Source: Oligoflexia bacterium
GTDB taxonomy: Bacteria; Bdellovibrionota; Bdellovibrionia; JABDDW01
Assembly (NCBI GenBank): GCA_043732305.1
Contig: JAYTHU010000196.1
Span: 1-58,744, forward strand
DNA: 58,744 nt
Direction of reading: 5' to 3'
Part shown: positions 39,279-48,526 of the stretch, piece by piece
How positions within the stretch are numbered: position 1 is the first letter of the stretch
Layout: each line of letters begins with the position of its first letter
Position numbers and translations under genes: made by a program
The notes under the pieces: model-generated
Seen by the model: only the letters and a program-made list of their open reading frames with translations
Databases searched by the model: none
Told to the model about the DNA's origin: nothing

Positions 39279-40279
39279 TAAAGACAGTCGTCGGATTTCT
39301 CGAAGCAGGAGACTTCCATTCCAGAACGCTGTCCACTTTGTAAACTCAGGACAGAGTTGTAATAGCTGGGCTGAATCCATTCTGGAATTTGCATGACCAC
39401 GGTGGCGCCAGCATCTTGTTGTCCACCATCCTGCCAAAGATGTGAAAGCACCATGGCGAGAGTCGCTCCACCATCTGCAATGCGTGAAGTTGCTAATGTG
39501 AGTTGAGCTGCGGCGCCTGCACCAGTGCGGCCCATTGTTAGATCAGTGTGAATCAATTGATCCTTGTACATAAAAGCACGTGTGAGTTCGTTGAACCCGA
39601 CATCGACAATAGATCCAGTGAATTGCATTTTAAAATGTGGATCATTCAAAAGCTGTTGCGCGATCGGTGGAACTGTCGAGTGCAGCTGGGCAACATTAGG
39701 CATGATGTTGGTTGTCTCAAAGAACTTATGAATGCCCTTGTCATTGGTGAGCTGTCCGTCATAATTTTCCGTCATGTGCAATGGTTGTGACATGTCGCCA
39801 ATGTAATGGGACATGAGTCCTGCCATAACAAGAGCAGTTCGCAAATCTTGCGCGCGCAACGCGGCTACGGCAGCATTGTAAAACTGATTGACTCGCCAGG
39901 GAGCGGTTCCATAATTAACAACGGTTGTTTGGCCGTATTTTGCGAGCATCTGAGTAAAGTCGTGAGGAATCATATTGAACTGAGCTGGGTTTTTAAAATA
40001 CGAATCAGGCTGAAAAAAGTGAGTGACAGTTTCTGGCCGGTACGTCGGGCCCTGTTTCCAGAGCAGATCTGGAGCAGTGGTGAGTCTCACCATATTTGCG
40101 AGATTTGCTTTCCAAAACTGTGAGCCAACTCCTGCGAGTTGCACTCCAACTGCGGCCACCATTTCGTGGCCGTCTTTTCCCCAACCCCACGCAGATTCAA
40201 TAATAGTGATTTGTGAAATGAACGAAAACAGGACTGCCAATAAAACTTGCACAGTGACTTTTGAGCTTCTTGCTTTCAA
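39278..40279 (-). CDS. Secreted S1/P1 nuclease (zinc-dependent PLC/nuclease fold)
   Basis: Mature N-terminus WGKDGH, HYIGDMSQPLH, IHKFFE. Confidence 0.85.
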   Translation of the reverse strand: MKARSSKVTVQVLLAVLFSFISQITIIESAWGWGKDGHEMVAAVGVQLAGVGSQFWKANLANMVRLTTAPDLLWKQGPTYRPETVTHFFQPDSYFKNPAQFNMIPHDFTQMLAKYGQTTVVNYGTAPWRVNQFYNAAVAALRAQDLRTALVMAGLMSHYIGDMSQPLHMTENYDGQLTNDKGIHKFFETTNIMPNVAQLHSTVPPIAQQLLNDPHFKMQFTGSIVDVGFNELTRAFMYKDQLIHTDLTMGRTGAGAAAQLTLATSRIADGGATLAMVLSHLWQDGGQQDAGATVVMQIPEWIQPSYYNSVLSLQSGQRSGMEVSCFEKSDDCL

Positions 40280-40316
40280 AGTATCCCCCTTAATAATTTT
40301 TGGAACCCCCGCCAGG

Positions 40317-40343
40317 TTTTCGGCTCTGGCATTGTTATTTTTA
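40317..40343 (-). promoter_or_regulatory. Putative sigma28 (FliA) promoter
   Basis: TAAA-N15-GCCGAAAA upstream of the nuclease. Confidence 0.5.
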
Positions 40344-40435
40344 CAGTCTTTTCTTAAGGAAGAATAGTGAAGAATGCATTAGTTTTCAGAAACTTTTGAT
40401 GCGGTGGCTTAGTGACTATCATTTAATAGGATAGA

Positions 40436-41155
40436 TTAACTTAAGAGTTTGTTTTTCTTGGCGTATGTCAGGAATTCATTTTTGAGTTGCTCGAAACTTT
40501 CGATAATAAAAAGCTCGTCCTGCATGTGCCAGATATCATATTCTTGTTTTATGACCTTGGCAGTGTCGAATGGATAGACCTTCACTTTTTCACCCAAACA
40601 ATGAACAGCCTCACCTGGGGAGGATAAAATCCCCGATCCATAAATGCGTTTTTCGCCATTATTAAAAATTAGACCAAATTCAACGGTGAACCAGTAAAGT
40701 CTTTGAAGCTCTTTCATTTGATTTTCATTGGCGAGAGCTGCAGCTTTGCCAATTGCTTGGAAAAAATCTGCGAAATCTTTGTTTGTAATCATGCTGATGT
40801 GGCCAAAGAGATCGTGGAACATATCTGGCGCTGGAGTGTAAGCCAAATCTTCTCTTTTGCGGATGAAATCGGTAGAAGGAAACTGGCGGTCAGCTAAATA
40901 AGCGAAGAATTCCTTTTCGGCCACTAAGCCGTCAACACGAACAATATTCCATTCGGTGCAGGAAAAAAGTTTCTGGTCGATGCTAGCAAGTGCAGGAATG
41001 TGATTTTCACTGAGATGAATGCGATCTAAGCCGTCCAAAAATTCTTGGCAAGCCCGGCCCGGCAGAAGTTCTTTCTGCTTTTTGTAAAGAAGAGCCCAAG
41101 TCTCTTGTTCGACATCTGTGTATTTTGGATAGTTAAATTCTGAACCCGTTCCCAT
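40436..41155 (-). CDS. phhA: Phenylalanine 4-monooxygenase
   Basis: YTPAPDMFHDLFGH, LYWFTVEFGL, YGSGILSS; start 41155 or 41161. Confidence 0.93.
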   Translation of the reverse strand: MGTGSEFNYPKYTDVEQETWALLYKKQKELLPGRACQEFLDGLDRIHLSENHIPALASIDQKLFSCTEWNIVRVDGLVAEKEFFAYLADRQFPSTDFIRKREDLAYTPAPDMFHDLFGHISMITNKDFADFFQAIGKAAALANENQMKELQRLYWFTVEFGLIFNNGEKRIYGSGILSSPGEAVHCLGEKVKVYPFDTAKVIKQEYDIWHMQDELFIIESFEQLKNEFLTYAKKNKLLS

Positions 41156-41238
41156 TCGCATATCTTAGCAGCATGCAAACCCAATAAAGCAAGACTTTCT
41201 GCTTGGAGTTTCATATTGCAGTGTTGTATATCCATCTC

Positions 41239-43299
41239 ATGCAAAACGTCACACCTATTATTCGACCTGGTTCCTCGATTGATCTTCTCGCTGCAACTGC
41301 CGCTACGCCTGCTCCTGCCGCCGAAGTTACACCGAAAGAAGCCGCTCCTACCCCAGCTGTTCTTCCGTCTTCCGGTCCTGGAAGTTGGACGCCTGAATTG
41401 GCGATGGAACATTACAATATGGAAGGTTGGGGTGCTGGCTATTTTCATGTGAATGAAAAGGGAAATATCTGCGCTTACCCACTAGGAAAACCAGGTCCTA
41501 GCATTGATTTGATGGACGTCATTGATGACATCAAAGAAAAAGGTTTGAAATTTCCGTGCGTGATTCGATTCCAAGATCTTCTGCGTTCGCGCGTGAAATC
41601 TTTGAATGAATCATTCAATAAAGCTATTCAAGAAAACAATTATAAGGGCAGTTATTACGGCGTCTATCCCATCAAGGTCAATCAAATGTCCGAAGTGGTG
41701 GAAGAGATTGTCGATGCCGGTTTGCAATACCATTACGGTTTAGAAGCTGGTAGCAAAGGCGAATTGCTCATTGTTTTAGGATTAAATACTGATCCCGAGG
41801 CGATCACTGTTTGCAATGGCTACAAAGATGAAGAGTTCATGCGCTTGGCACTTTTGGGTCGAAAGCTCGGACGCAAAGTTGTTGTGGTCATTGAAAAACT
41901 ATCTGAGCTTCCTTTGCTCATTAAAATGGCAAAGGAAATGCAAGTTGAACCCATGATTGGTTTGCGCGCGAAGCTCACAACCAAGGGCACTGGCAAGTGG
42001 GAACACTCTGGAGGAGACTTTGCAAAATTTGGCCTGACGATTCCCGAACTGATCAAAGCTGTTGAAATTGTCAAAGCAGCTGGATACGAAAAACACGTGG
42101 AGCTTTTCCATTTTCACGTCGGAAGTCAGCTTAATGATATTCGCGCAGTGAAAGAAGCTGTCGGCGAAGGCGCTAGAATTTACGCTCAACTGAAAAAGAT
42201 GGGACTCAACATCAATTATTTCGATGTTGGTGGTGGACTTGGTGTTGATTACACGGGCACTCGTTCGACTGCGCATAATTCAATGAACTACACGATGGAA
42301 GAATACGCTTCAGACATCGTCTATAATGTGAAACAAATTTGTGAAAATGAAGAAGTCAGTGAACCAAATATCGTCAGTGAGTCTGGTCGCGCCGTGACGG
42401 CTCACCATGCTTGCACTATCATGAATATTTTCGGTCGTATTGAAGTGGGAGATCCATTTATTCCCATAGTCACGCCTGACGAACCTCAGATTGTAACAGA
42501 GCTTCGAGAAATTGTGAGCACTCTCAATGGAAAGAATTCCCGTGAGAGTTATCACGATGCCACTGCAAAAAAAGAAGAAGCTCTCTCAATGTTTAAGTTT
42601 GGAATTTTGAGTTTAGAGGATCGTGCAAAGGTAGAAAGTCTTTATTGGAAATTTTGCCGAGATTTAATCGCGCTCAACAAACGTTTGAAAAAACCTGCTA
42701 AAGAAACTCGAAACCTAGATGATAAGTTGGCTGATCAATACATGGCTAATTTTAGTTTGTTTCAATCGGCACCAGATCATTGGGCATTCGGCCAACTTTT
42801 TCCCGTGGTTCCTATTCACCGATTGACGGAATTTCCTAACGCTAACGCAACACTTGTCGACATCACTTGCGACAGCGATGGCAAAGTGGAACATTTCATC
42901 GACAAGCAAGAAATCAGTGACACCATCTCTCTGCATACTTTGAAGCCGGGCGAACCCTACTTTGTGGGAATGTTTATGACGGGTGCTTATCAAGATATTA
43001 TGGGAGACATGCACAATCTTTTTGGGCGCGTGAATGAAGTCCATGTGTTTGTGGACGATGAAGATCCCGAAGATTTTTATATTGAAGAAGTAATTCCTGG
43101 CGACACAATTCAAGACGTGCTCGCACAAGTTCAGTACGAACCAAAGGAACTTGCACGCAAACTTAAGAATGCGGTGGATTCGAAAATTCGCGAAGGCGCA
43201 TTGAAGCCTAAAGAAGGCGTGAGGCTTGTAGATTTTTACGAGTCCGTCATGCGCGACTACACTTACCTTAGTTATATTTCTACTCCAAGCGAGTCCTAA
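41239..43299 (+). CDS. speA: Biosynthetic arginine decarboxylase
   Basis: YPIKVNQ, LEAGSKGEL, HFHVGSQ, DVGGGLGVDY, DITCDSDG, GAYQDIMGDMHNLFG. Confidence 0.96.
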   Translation: MQNVTPIIRPGSSIDLLAATAATPAPAAEVTPKEAAPTPAVLPSSGPGSWTPELAMEHYNMEGWGAGYFHVNEKGNICAYPLGKPGPSIDLMDVIDDIKEKGLKFPCVIRFQDLLRSRVKSLNESFNKAIQENNYKGSYYGVYPIKVNQMSEVVEEIVDAGLQYHYGLEAGSKGELLIVLGLNTDPEAITVCNGYKDEEFMRLALLGRKLGRKVVVVIEKLSELPLLIKMAKEMQVEPMIGLRAKLTTKGTGKWEHSGGDFAKFGLTIPELIKAVEIVKAAGYEKHVELFHFHVGSQLNDIRAVKEAVGEGARIYAQLKKMGLNINYFDVGGGLGVDYTGTRSTAHNSMNYTMEEYASDIVYNVKQICENEEVSEPNIVSESGRAVTAHHACTIMNIFGRIEVGDPFIPIVTPDEPQIVTELREIVSTLNGKNSRESYHDATAKKEEALSMFKFGILSLEDRAKVESLYWKFCRDLIALNKRLKKPAKETRNLDDKLADQYMANFSLFQSAPDHWAFGQLFPVVPIHRLTEFPNANATLVDITCDSDGKVEHFIDKQEISDTISLHTLKPGEPYFVGMFMTGAYQDIMGDMHNLFGRVNEVHVFVDDEDPEDFYIEEVIPGDTIQDVLAQVQYEPKELARKLKNAVDSKIREGALKPKEGVRLVDFYESVMRDYTYLSYISTPSES

Positions 43300-43302
43300 T
43301 TC

Positions 43303-44442
43303 GTGCGCGAGATAGCAGGGATCTTTTTGCGGCTGGGTTTTCTTGGCTTCGGAGGACCTCTTGCTGTCATTTCCATGATGGAAGAAGAAACTGTCTCTAA
43401 AAGACAGTGGTTCACGCCGCAGATTTTTTCTCAAAATTATTCATTGATCAAAATTTTGCCCGGTCCGACTGCCACTCAAATGGCGGTGCGCCTGGGTTGG
43501 TTACGCGCAGGTGTGTGCGGCGGATTGCTTGCGGGATTACTTTTTGTTTTACCATCGTTTTTTATCATCCTAGCGCTCGGAATCTTGCTGGGTCGAGTGG
43601 GAGGTGGCGCGACTAAAGACGTATTTATTTTGGGTATGCAAGTTTCCGCATTGGCTGTGATTCTTCAAGGCGCTTGGCGCTTGGCTCACGGGAGCGTAAA
43701 AGGTATCGGAACTTTTTGGGTATCGGCGATTTCATTTATTTTAGTTTTGTGGCGACCCTCACTTGAGCCACTCGCTATTGTTGGTTTTGGTGTTTTAGGA
43801 ATTGCTCTTTATTTCCGCGAAAAAAAAATCGCAGAAAAATCTCAAAACGAAAGTCCGGGAGGCTCTGGACGAACTTTACGCGAAGGCGCGACAGCTCTGA
43901 TTTTGGTTGGCGTTTGTTTAAAGGCTGCCCTGCTTACTTTTGGAACGGGCCTCGCGATCATTCCACTGCTCCAGCATGATGTCGTTGAAAAATTCCAGCT
44001 TGTTTCGCATCCTGATTTCATGCAGGCGATGGCGCTAGGGCAAATCACCCCGGGACCTTTTGTAATCACTGTCACTTGGATTGGATATAAAGCTCTTGGG
44101 ATTTTTGGAGCGGTGCTTGCGACTATCGCCACCTTTGGTCCAGGATTTCTGATCAGCCTTTTTGCGCTCCCGTGGTTTGAAAAAAAGTGGGGACATCATC
44201 CTGCTCTGGAAAAATTCTACGCGTTCGTTGTTCCCTCCGTGGTTGGCGCAATGTTTGCCGTGACCGTGCGACTCATGCAAGTCAGTCTCAAAGACACTCT
44301 GGCTCTCTCATTATTTCTAGGTGCCGCAATCCTTGTTTTTTGGAAGCGCACGCCATCATGGATTGTCATCCCTCTCTTCGGTTTGATCGCGCTCTTCGTG
44401 CATTCTGTCCTTCCCATAATTATCCCCCACCTGCCCATTTAA
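43303..44442 (+). CDS. chrA: Chromate efflux transporter (CHR family)
   Basis: FLRLGFLGFGGP, LPGP, GQITPGP; two homologous halves. Confidence 0.9.
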   Translation: MREIAGIFLRLGFLGFGGPLAVISMMEEETVSKRQWFTPQIFSQNYSLIKILPGPTATQMAVRLGWLRAGVCGGLLAGLLFVLPSFFIILALGILLGRVGGGATKDVFILGMQVSALAVILQGAWRLAHGSVKGIGTFWVSAISFILVLWRPSLEPLAIVGFGVLGIALYFREKKIAEKSQNESPGGSGRTLREGATALILVGVCLKAALLTFGTGLAIIPLLQHDVVEKFQLVSHPDFMQAMALGQITPGPFVITVTWIGYKALGIFGAVLATIATFGPGFLISLFALPWFEKKWGHHPALEKFYAFVVPSVVGAMFAVTVRLMQVSLKDTLALSLFLGAAILVFWKRTPSWIVIPLFGLIALFVHSVLPIIIPHLPI

Positions 44443-45003
44443 TCCCCTCCGCAAAGACGCAAAAAGCAGCGAGCCTCTTAGGCTTTGGAATTCCCCTGAA
44501 TCACTTATAATTATTTTTTAGAATGTCCATTCCCGAAATGCGAGTTTTCGAAATGCAAAATAGAAGTCTTAATGCGTCTTCTATGAAACTCTTATTCCTT
44601 CGTACACATTAAGGCCAAGGTGCCCAAACAACTTTTACTATTTTAGAAATCGGAATGACTGCATGGTGGAAGGCGTTTTACAACTAGAGCGGTCACTGGA
44701 AGGAATCGATGGAATACGGCAGGCTTGAGTTCAAAATTCGGTTCAGGTGATAAAGCTAGTATCCAGGCGGCAAAAAGCGAAGTTTTGGGACTTGCGACCT
44801 TTCAATTGAGGCGACTCTTTTGAAATAGCGTCGTCCAGTGTAAAGTCGAAGTGTATTGATGATTGAGCTGCTATTTTTCCGGACCACCGTCAGAATCTGT
44901 ATTGTCAATTCTACGAAGTACTGAGAGAGTTAATGGGTTGCCGAGAAGCGAAAGCTCCCTCGGTGCAAAAGTTAAAAAACAAGCGGCACCTTTGGGGGAA
45001 GCA

Positions 45004-47127
45004 ATGAAATCGAAATTAATGAGCATCATCGGATTTTGTCTAGTTTTGGGATGCGCGCATCAGAAAGAGAAGCCGACCGTAAGTCCCATCCAAACCGGAG
45101 GAAATATCACTGTGCTAAAATATAAATATCATACCGGTGAAATAACCGAGATCACTGCAGATCAAATTAAAATCTTAGATAAGAAGATTGCAGATATGCT
45201 GGCAATTCCTTTGAAACAAAAGAATTTTACAAATACTTTTGTTCCATTCGAGGAAGCAACTTCTGACTTTGGTGATGTCAGCAATAGCATGGGCTTCATG
45301 AATGACGTTTCAACCGAAAAAGATCTTCGCGGAGAAGCTCTCAAGGCTGAAATGACCGTGTCTGATTACATGGTCAACTTGTCTACCAGAAGAGACATTT
45401 ACGATGCACTCGTCGCGGCGAGCAAAAATACCGAACATGGAAAGTTAGATTATCAAGATTTACGGTTGATGGAGCAGACACTCAAAGGTTTCAAGAGAAG
45501 TGGTTTGTTTCTGCCTGATGCCGAACTTCAAGAAGTGCGAAAACTTCAGCAACAACTTTCAAAACTCACCGTGGATTTCTCTAATAATATAAAAGAACAA
45601 ACGCCTTCAGTTGATTTCACACTCGCTGAGCTAGAGGGTGTGCCCCAAGATTTTCTTGCCGATCTTCAAAAAAATCACCAGGTCGCTGGTGGAAAATTGC
45701 ATGTAGTTGTAAACGAAGCCAGTTATCCAGTGATTAGCCAAAATGCAAACAACCAAGAAACTCGCCATCGTTTATTGGAAGCTTTTGAAAACACGGCCGC
45801 GAAAGACAATACGCCTTTGCTAATTAAAATCGTGTCACTCCGTCAGGAAATCGCAAAGAAACTTCATTACAAAACATGGGCTGATTATAAAACCGAAGAA
45901 CGCATGGCCAAAAATGGCAAAACGGCGATGAATTTTCTGCAGGGGCTAAAAACAAAATTAGCCGTGAGAAATAAAAAAGACATGGCCAGCATGCTCAGAT
46001 TTAAAAAGACACTCGATCCTAAAGCGGATCACGTGAATCCTTGGGATCCTCGTTATCTCGAATATCAAATGAAAAAGAAGTTTTTTGCGCTTAACAACGA
46101 AGAAATTAAAGAATATTTCCCCGCAGATCAAACCGTTAAAAATATGTTTGATATTTACTCGCAAATCTTGGGATTGAAATTTGTAGCCGTCGACAGCGCA
46201 GATGTTTGGGCGCCAGGAGTGAAGCTTTATGAAATCAGAAATAGCAAAGACAACACCTTCATTGCTTATTTCTACACTGACTTTGTTCCTCGTGAGGGAA
46301 AATTCAGTCACTTCGCAGCATTCCCCGTCATTTCTGGAAGAATGAAAAACGGAAAATACACTTTCCCTGTTTCCGCCATTGTTGGAAACTTTGCTCCTCC
46401 TACCGAAGGAAAACCTTCTCTATTTTCTCATGATGAAGTCGAAACTCTTTTCCATGAGTTCGGTCACATCATGCATCAGTCTTTGACTAAAGCTCGCTAT
46501 GCTAGTCAGTCGGGATCAGGAGTGGCTCAAGATTTCGTCGAAGCTCCTTCTCAAATGTTAGAGAATTGGGTTTGGAATCGCGAAATTCTGAAGAAAATTT
46601 CTGGTCATTACAAAAATCCTGACCAGAAACTTCCTGACGCCATCATTGATCAATTGTTGGTTTCACGTGATTTCAACAAAGGATATTTTTATACCCGCCA
46701 ACTTCTGTTCGGAATTTTTGACATGACTCTTCACATGGCTACGAAACCAGTTGACGATCCCACTGCTCTTTACAAATCTTTATATAAAGAGCTCACTGGA
46801 TTGAATCCTTTGGAAGACACTCACTTCCCCGCGACTTTCGGTCACCTCATGGGATACGACGCTGGTTACTATGGTTACATGTGGTCTTTGGTTTATGCCG
46901 ACGACATGTTCACAGTTTTTGAAAAAGATGGGTTGTTGAGTTCTAAAGTTGGCGAGCGTTATCGCAAAGATATTTTGGAAATGGGCGACACTAAAGATGC
47001 CGTGGTTTTGGTCACTGATTTCTTGGGACGCCCATCTAATAATCATGCCTTTTTCCAGAAACTTCTCCACAGTTCCACGACCGCTAAATGTGACGAACTT
47101 TTAATGAAAGCATTGATCGTCAAATAA
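45004..47127 (+). CDS. M3A (thimet oligopeptidase-like) metallopeptidase, lipoprotein
   Basis: Lipobox VLGC, FHEFGHIMH, DFVEAPSQMLENW, FGHLMGYDAGYYGYMWS; start moved to ATG 45004. Confidence 0.93.
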   Translation: MKSKLMSIIGFCLVLGCAHQKEKPTVSPIQTGGNITVLKYKYHTGEITEITADQIKILDKKIADMLAIPLKQKNFTNTFVPFEEATSDFGDVSNSMGFMNDVSTEKDLRGEALKAEMTVSDYMVNLSTRRDIYDALVAASKNTEHGKLDYQDLRLMEQTLKGFKRSGLFLPDAELQEVRKLQQQLSKLTVDFSNNIKEQTPSVDFTLAELEGVPQDFLADLQKNHQVAGGKLHVVVNEASYPVISQNANNQETRHRLLEAFENTAAKDNTPLLIKIVSLRQEIAKKLHYKTWADYKTEERMAKNGKTAMNFLQGLKTKLAVRNKKDMASMLRFKKTLDPKADHVNPWDPRYLEYQMKKKFFALNNEEIKEYFPADQTVKNMFDIYSQILGLKFVAVDSADVWAPGVKLYEIRNSKDNTFIAYFYTDFVPREGKFSHFAAFPVISGRMKNGKYTFPVSAIVGNFAPPTEGKPSLFSHDEVETLFHEFGHIMHQSLTKARYASQSGSGVAQDFVEAPSQMLENWVWNREILKKISGHYKNPDQKLPDAIIDQLLVSRDFNKGYFYTRQLLFGIFDMTLHMATKPVDDPTALYKSLYKELTGLNPLEDTHFPATFGHLMGYDAGYYGYMWSLVYADDMFTVFEKDGLLSSKVGERYRKDILEMGDTKDAVVLVTDFLGRPSNNHAFFQKLLHSSTTAKCDELLMKALIVK

Positions 47128-47147
47128 AAGGTCAGTAATCAATTTAT

Positions 47148-47195
47148 TGGCATAAAATCTGCAATGCCTCCTGTTTACAACAGGAGGCATTGCAG
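47148..47195 (+). promoter_or_regulatory. Sigma54-like promoter overlapped by a perfect 17-bp hairpin that sequesters the SD and start codon
   Basis: TGGCATAAAATCTGCA (GG-N10-GC); CTGCAATGCCTCCTGTT-TAC-AACAGGAGGCATTGCAG at 47159-47195. Confidence 0.65.
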
Positions 47196-48439
47196 TGTTC
47201 AGAGCGACAGTTCTCGCGCTAATTTTTTTCATTTCATTAGGTAATTTTGACGCGAAAGCCGACAAACTCAAGCCACCAACACTTAGGGAATGCAGCCAAC
47301 TCCTCACTGAAATTTTTTACAGAAAATACCCTTCGGTCGCAAATCACTTCAATACACGAGTCGATATTGACCTGAAACAGGTCTTCGATGACACGCTACT
47401 TTATCCAAAAGATTTACCGGGAATTCCAGCAGGGTACCCTATTGCTAATTTTGCGGTGAATTGGAAAAAAAATCGCCTGCTTCTTGAACCAGAAAGTCAC
47501 CTCGCGCCTAGAACGGGTTCCGCGGTAGTCGTCGCGGAAATTTCCAGTGCAGGAACTGCAAAATATTTAGATACCCTAGGCGAGGGAAATGATTTTGATG
47601 CCGAGCTTTCTTTTAATCCGACGTTTATTGGAAAAACGGACATTGCAAGGATCGAGTTCGGTAAAATTGACGGGACACAAGGCCCATTCAAATTTGATAT
47701 GAGATTTTTTGATCTTAGTGACAAAAAAAAGGAACTGCCTAGTCTTTCTGAAGTATTCAAAATGAAATTCAGTATTGTCTATCCGTTTTCAGATTCAGTT
47801 TATGTGGCCAAAATCTTAAATGGTCGACCTGGCGAATTGGTTGTACTCCGTTATCATCCGGTCGAACAACGTCCGGAAATTTATTATCAGGGAATTCCTC
47901 TCTCGAGCACTACTCAACTTTTTCATGGCAAGAACAGTACTTTGAAAGCTTCAGTTTCAGGAAAGAAGATTTTTTTCACCGACCGTTCATTGAATCTTGT
48001 TGTGGATTCAACAAAAGGGCAAATCGAAATCTTGAGACAGGAACCTTCTCTACTGCCTTCAGAATATTTGCGAGTGCTAAATAACGAATCCATGAACGCG
48101 TTTTTTACACATACTGATTCGGGTTTTCCAGACGAGACCATCGTTGTGAAGTGGGGTTCGGACATGAGACTCAGCCAGCACTGGAATGTGCGCGGGATTC
48201 TAAGTAAAGAGTTCTACGAGACTTCGTTTGGATATGTGACTCAAATGGACAGTCGTCCTGACTTTGGACTAATGCTTTTGAAAAATGACGGTTCCGTGAA
48301 GCCGATCACTAGTCGTTTTGAACGATTTAAATTTTTGCAGGCAATCGATGACGTGATGGCTGGACTTTCCCGTATAAAGAGAGATGGCTCTCTGAATCTG
48401 ACTTTCATCCCATTGGGAACCGACGCGCAACGTCAGTAA
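47195..48439 (+). CDS. Hypothetical secreted protein, paralog of 13269..14594
   Basis: GTG start with AGGAGG SD, signal peptide, motif blocks shared with the 13269 ORF. Confidence 0.8.
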   Translation: MFRATVLALIFFISLGNFDAKADKLKPPTLRECSQLLTEIFYRKYPSVANHFNTRVDIDLKQVFDDTLLYPKDLPGIPAGYPIANFAVNWKKNRLLLEPESHLAPRTGSAVVVAEISSAGTAKYLDTLGEGNDFDAELSFNPTFIGKTDIARIEFGKIDGTQGPFKFDMRFFDLSDKKKELPSLSEVFKMKFSIVYPFSDSVYVAKILNGRPGELVVLRYHPVEQRPEIYYQGIPLSSTTQLFHGKNSTLKASVSGKKIFFTDRSLNLVVDSTKGQIEILRQEPSLLPSEYLRVLNNESMNAFFTHTDSGFPDETIVVKWGSDMRLSQHWNVRGILSKEFYETSFGYVTQMDSRPDFGLMLLKNDGSVKPITSRFERFKFLQAIDDVMAGLSRIKRDGSLNLTFIPLGTDAQRQ

Positions 48440-48526
48440 ATTCATTTCAATTTTGCTGCGATCAACATAGGAAAAGTGCTAATATTTGTATGCCCACCGA
48501 GCATTTAAATAGAGGAGATTCCCACT

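Noticed and set aside
44446..44490. GCAAA...GACGCAAA resembling a c-di-GMP-I riboswitch
   Set aside because: The P2/P3 stems and GNRA-receptor layout are not present.
1744..45003. Upstream-extended starts in the ORF track (typA 1744, S53 22823, tldD 25070, S41 31193, Kir 35760, speA 41203, M3 44863)
   Set aside because: The extensions run through promoters, terminators or neighbouring genes; downstream starts have an SD, a signal peptide or a family-typical N-terminus.
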